A stretch of 20,000 nt of DNA from an uncultured virus (IMG/VR IMGVR_UViG_3300002220_000047) (lineage: Duplodnaviria; Heunggongvirae; Uroviricota; Caudoviricetes), in the IMG/VR virus record IMGVR_UViG_3300002220_000047. One strand, written 5' to 3'. The position numbers and the translations under genes are program-made. This document shows, one piece after another, positions 17,350-20,000 of this stretch (positions are counted from its first letter, which is position 1; every line of letters begins with the position of its first letter). The notes under the pieces are model-generated. The model saw only the letters and a list, made by a program, of their open reading frames with translations, ran no database searches and had not been told where the DNA came from.

Positions 17350-18023
17350 AAACAGACATTCGAGTATTGTGTACGTTTGTAGTTACAATCATAGCACTAG
17401 TTATTTGTTATATTAAACATTTCTATGAATTTGCACATACTCTATATGGTCCGTTGATAGTCATCGTCGGTATTGCGATTGTGGTTGTTAATTCATTAGC
17501 CATGTTCTTCGTCTCTGAATTCGGTGGTAGACATTTTGCTTATTTTAAATATATAATTAAACATAAATGGTTTGTGTTGCTAGCTAGTAGACAACTTAAG
17601 GTTTCTCTATGGAGAGCTTTTATACACGATATTAGTAAGTTCAGACCTTCAGAATGGATACCTTATGCTAATACGTTTTATAACAAAGATGGATCTTCTA
17701 GATATCAAGAAACCAAAGAATTTAATTTAGCTTGGAATCATCATCAGAAACGTAATAAACATCATTGGCAATATTGGACTCTTGTAAAAGATGATGGTAA
17801 ATTAATATGTCTGGAGATACCGGAGAAATATGTCCGCGAAATGATAGCTGACTGGATAGGTGCTGGTAAATCTATCACTGGAAGTTGGAGAGATGTCTTT
17901 AACTGGTATCAGAATAATCAGAATTCTATTAAAATTAATCCTAAAACTAAACGACTAACTGATGATATCTTAAAAGAATTAGAAGATAGAACTTTTGTTA
18001 CGAAGTTTATGCAACGTTTTTAA
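17346..18023 (+). CDS. HD-like (DUF5662-type) putative phosphohydrolase with two N-terminal TM helices
   Basis: HKWFV...HDISKF...AWNHHQKRNKHHWQYW...EMIADW; hydrophobic stretches at ~7-23 and ~33-56; GTGA overlap with the upstream gene. Confidence 0.7.
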   Translation: MKTDIRVLCTFVVTIIALVICYIKHFYEFAHTLYGPLIVIVGIAIVVVNSLAMFFVSEFGGRHFAYFKYIIKHKWFVLLASRQLKVSLWRAFIHDISKFRPSEWIPYANTFYNKDGSSRYQETKEFNLAWNHHQKRNKHHWQYWTLVKDDGKLICLEIPEKYVREMIADWIGAGKSITGSWRDVFNWYQNNQNSIKINPKTKRLTDDILKELEDRTFVTKFMQRF

Positions 18024-18364
18024 TGGAGGTATTGATGCAAACGAGAAATCAAAAACATCCGGTAAAAGAATATTTCTACGCTGCTTTATGTTTCATTTTC
18101 ATGGCATATATATTTTCTTCTAAATTAGTATTTATTTATTCATTAATGATAGAGGCCATTGGATTATCAGCATTTGGTATATTCCTATTTAGTTGGCATA
18201 CTGACAGAAAGTTGTTTACATTTTCTAAGATAATCAAATCGATAATTACAAATATTGATGATGTTATTTACACAATATCGTTAACTACGATAATCATTAT
18301 GACGTGTTCTGTTTTCGTATCTATTATTATTTCTATCATCGATGTATCAAAATTCAACCATTAA
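18023..18364 (+). CDS. Hypothetical membrane protein (~3 TM)
   Basis: Three hydrophobic segments; start at 18023 (TAATG overlap) or 18035 (GGAGG SD). Confidence 0.65.
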   Translation: MEVLMQTRNQKHPVKEYFYAALCFIFMAYIFSSKLVFIYSLMIEAIGLSAFGIFLFSWHTDRKLFTFSKIIKSIITNIDDVIYTISLTTIIIMTCSVFVSIIISIIDVSKFNH

Positions 18365-18374
18365 AGGAATAGAC

Positions 18375-19205
18375 ATGAAGAATTCATTTAGCTTTTGGTT
18401 AGAAACATGGCTTTGGGTATTTCCTTTATCGCTCATAGTTGGGCCATGTGCGATGGAAGATTCTGATTATGGCGAGAATCTTCTAGTATGTAGAACTCAG
18501 TGGATGTTGAAAAATAGACTACATTGGATACTCTCAACTGGTCAGCATAGAAAATACAAATATAAATATATTAAACTCATGCTAAATGATGATAGATACT
18601 TTAATGAAATCCTAACTAGATGGCCGGTATATGGTATAGAAATAAGGCCAGATACTAGCGATTATAATGAACTCAGTATTTATTTTAAGACAAAACCTAC
18701 TATTCTTCTAAGAGAAGATTGTTGTTATGGATACAAATGGTTAAGAAATAATGCGTATGAATGGTTGAAAGAAAATCATATCGGGATATTAGCTGAAAAT
18801 GATCCTGCTGTGCTTTTTAAAGATGAGCCTAAATTACTGCTCGATAACAATCTACCACATCTAATCAGACATCAAAAGTTATGGCTTGTAAATAATCATC
18901 CTGATTTATTGTTCGATAAAGGAGAAGAACAAGATAGATTAATGATGATGCAGACATGTCTGCATTGGGTAATCGAAAATCGATTTGAATATATCGCGAC
19001 TAAATTTTCTAAATTAGCTATTCTGGTGATGCCAGATAAACTGGTTGCTGAATATCCCAATATCGCTTTTGCACAAAATCCGATGTATGTTTTAGAAAAT
19101 AATCCAGATTGGGTTAGAGAAAATGCGCCTAGTTATTTTAAAGAAAATAATTCTGAACGTATTTTAAATAGAATGAATTATTCATCTAAAATATATAATC
19201 CATGA
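18375..19205 (+). CDS. Hypothetical protein with ~8-residue helical repeats
   Basis: Start MKNSF (AAGGA SD); repeats such as YEWLKENH, PKLLLDNN, KLWLVNNH, PMYVLENN, PDWVRENA, PSYFKENN. Confidence 0.7.
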   Translation: MKNSFSFWLETWLWVFPLSLIVGPCAMEDSDYGENLLVCRTQWMLKNRLHWILSTGQHRKYKYKYIKLMLNDDRYFNEILTRWPVYGIEIRPDTSDYNELSIYFKTKPTILLREDCCYGYKWLRNNAYEWLKENHIGILAENDPAVLFKDEPKLLLDNNLPHLIRHQKLWLVNNHPDLLFDKGEEQDRLMMMQTCLHWVIENRFEYIATKFSKLAILVMPDKLVAEYPNIAFAQNPMYVLENNPDWVRENAPSYFKENNSERILNRMNYSSKIYNP

Positions 19206-19236
19206 AGATGTAGAAAAATCGTATCTAAAATGGTTG

Positions 19237-19274
19237 ACATGATCGTATGCGCTTAATTGTGCATACGATCATGT
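19237..19274 (+). terminator. Intrinsic terminator
   Basis: 16-bp stem ACATGATCGTATGCGC-ttaatt-GTGCATACGATCATGT (one G-U) plus T tract. Confidence 0.88.
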
Positions 19275-19296
19275 TTTATTATTTTTTCCTTTTTCA

Positions 19297-19313
19297 TTTG
19301 AGATATATATTAT
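19297..19313 (+). promoter_or_regulatory. Putative early promoter
   Basis: TTTGAGATATATATTAT, identical to 12593-12609, directly after a terminator. Confidence 0.75.
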
Positions 19314-19428
19314 CAATATGTAGTTTGTAGAGGCCTAGAATCTAGGCCTGTGGAAAACCTTAGAAACGTGTTTTTAATAACACAGTATCACTATACAATG
19401 ACTGATATTATTTAACAAGAAGAGGAGA

Positions 19429-19935
19429 ATGAAGATGTTATTTGATGTGTCGAATTATGGGTTTATAAAACAAAAAGGAGAAGCTATGTTATTAGATGGA
19501 ACAATTAATCTTGAGTGCTCATGTCAAACTATGGAACATAATCTTCGTTTCATATTAGATAAAAAAGAACGTGAAATATTTGTTGAATTCTTCTTGTCTG
19601 ATTATCTTCCTTGGTGGAAAAGAATTATTCCTGCGATTAAATATCTATTAGGAATGAAACGTCATCATACCGATTTCGATTGTTTTATTATGAAAGAAGA
19701 AGATATTGAAACATTAAGAAATCATCTTACTAAATTTCTTAAAGATATTGGACCAGATAAACAATTAGCATTTCCTGGATTAAATAAGCACGGATTTCAT
19801 GATTGTAACTTTATTAGAACAATACCTCCATTTGATACATCATCCTTCGTTCCACTACCGACCATTCCATCGCCGAAAATAAACACCGATGTCCAACTTA
19901 ATCAATCTAAGTATTTCAACATAGAGGAGATATAA
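19429..19935 (+). CDS. Hypothetical phage protein (CxC...EH...WKRI..AIKY family)
   Basis: ORF with SD-supported starts at 19435 (GAGGAG) and 19486 (AAGGAG). Confidence 0.65.
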   Translation: MKMLFDVSNYGFIKQKGEAMLLDGTINLECSCQTMEHNLRFILDKKEREIFVEFFLSDYLPWWKRIIPAIKYLLGMKRHHTDFDCFIMKEEDIETLRNHLTKFLKDIGPDKQLAFPGLNKHGFHDCNFIRTIPPFDTSSFVPLPTIPSPKINTDVQLNQSKYFNIEEI

Positions 19936-19941
19936 ATATAA

Positions 19942-20000
19942 ATGGTAACTACCATCGCAAAGATCGGATATTCAGAAGATTCAATTAAACACTTAGCAAA
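19942..20000 (+). CDS. 5' fragment of a gene running off the window
   Basis: ATG after GAGGAG; reads MVTTIAKIGYSEDSIKHLA with no stop. Confidence 0.5.
   Translation, partial: MVTTIAKIGYSEDSIKHLA

Noticed and set aside
1..20000. Stop-codon reassignment
   Set aside because: TAA, TAG and TGA all end full-length genes and coding density is already high under code 11.

Overview
AT-rich, gene-dense segment of a phiKZ-like (Chimalliviridae-type) jumbo phage, using the standard genetic code. Left half (1-12340) is structural/late. It holds two split virion RNA polymerase beta' subunits (a catalytic DFDGD-bearing part, cut off by the window, and a bridge-helix/Zn/trigger-loop part). Between them lie an inverted cassette of tail-fibre/baseplate genes, including two paralogues, and a divergent full-length DarG-like macrodomain protein. 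Right half (12593-20000) is accessory/early: three units headed by a conserved TTTKARATATATATTAT promoter-like motif, encoding a minimal ATP-dependent DNA ligase, a DUF1653-like protein, a membrane-anchored HD-like protein and hypothetical proteins. Most notable: (i) the DarG-like protein has lost its Gly-rich ADP-ribose loops, keeps the catalytic-position Lys and ends in an SSB-like DDPF tail, making it a candidate anti-DarTG decoy; (ii) a ~140-nt structured ncRNA candidate at 12380-12517 starts exactly at a TATG late-promoter motif and is followed by a double GNRA-hairpin element. Family calls come from motif recognition and recalled sequences only; no database searches were run.
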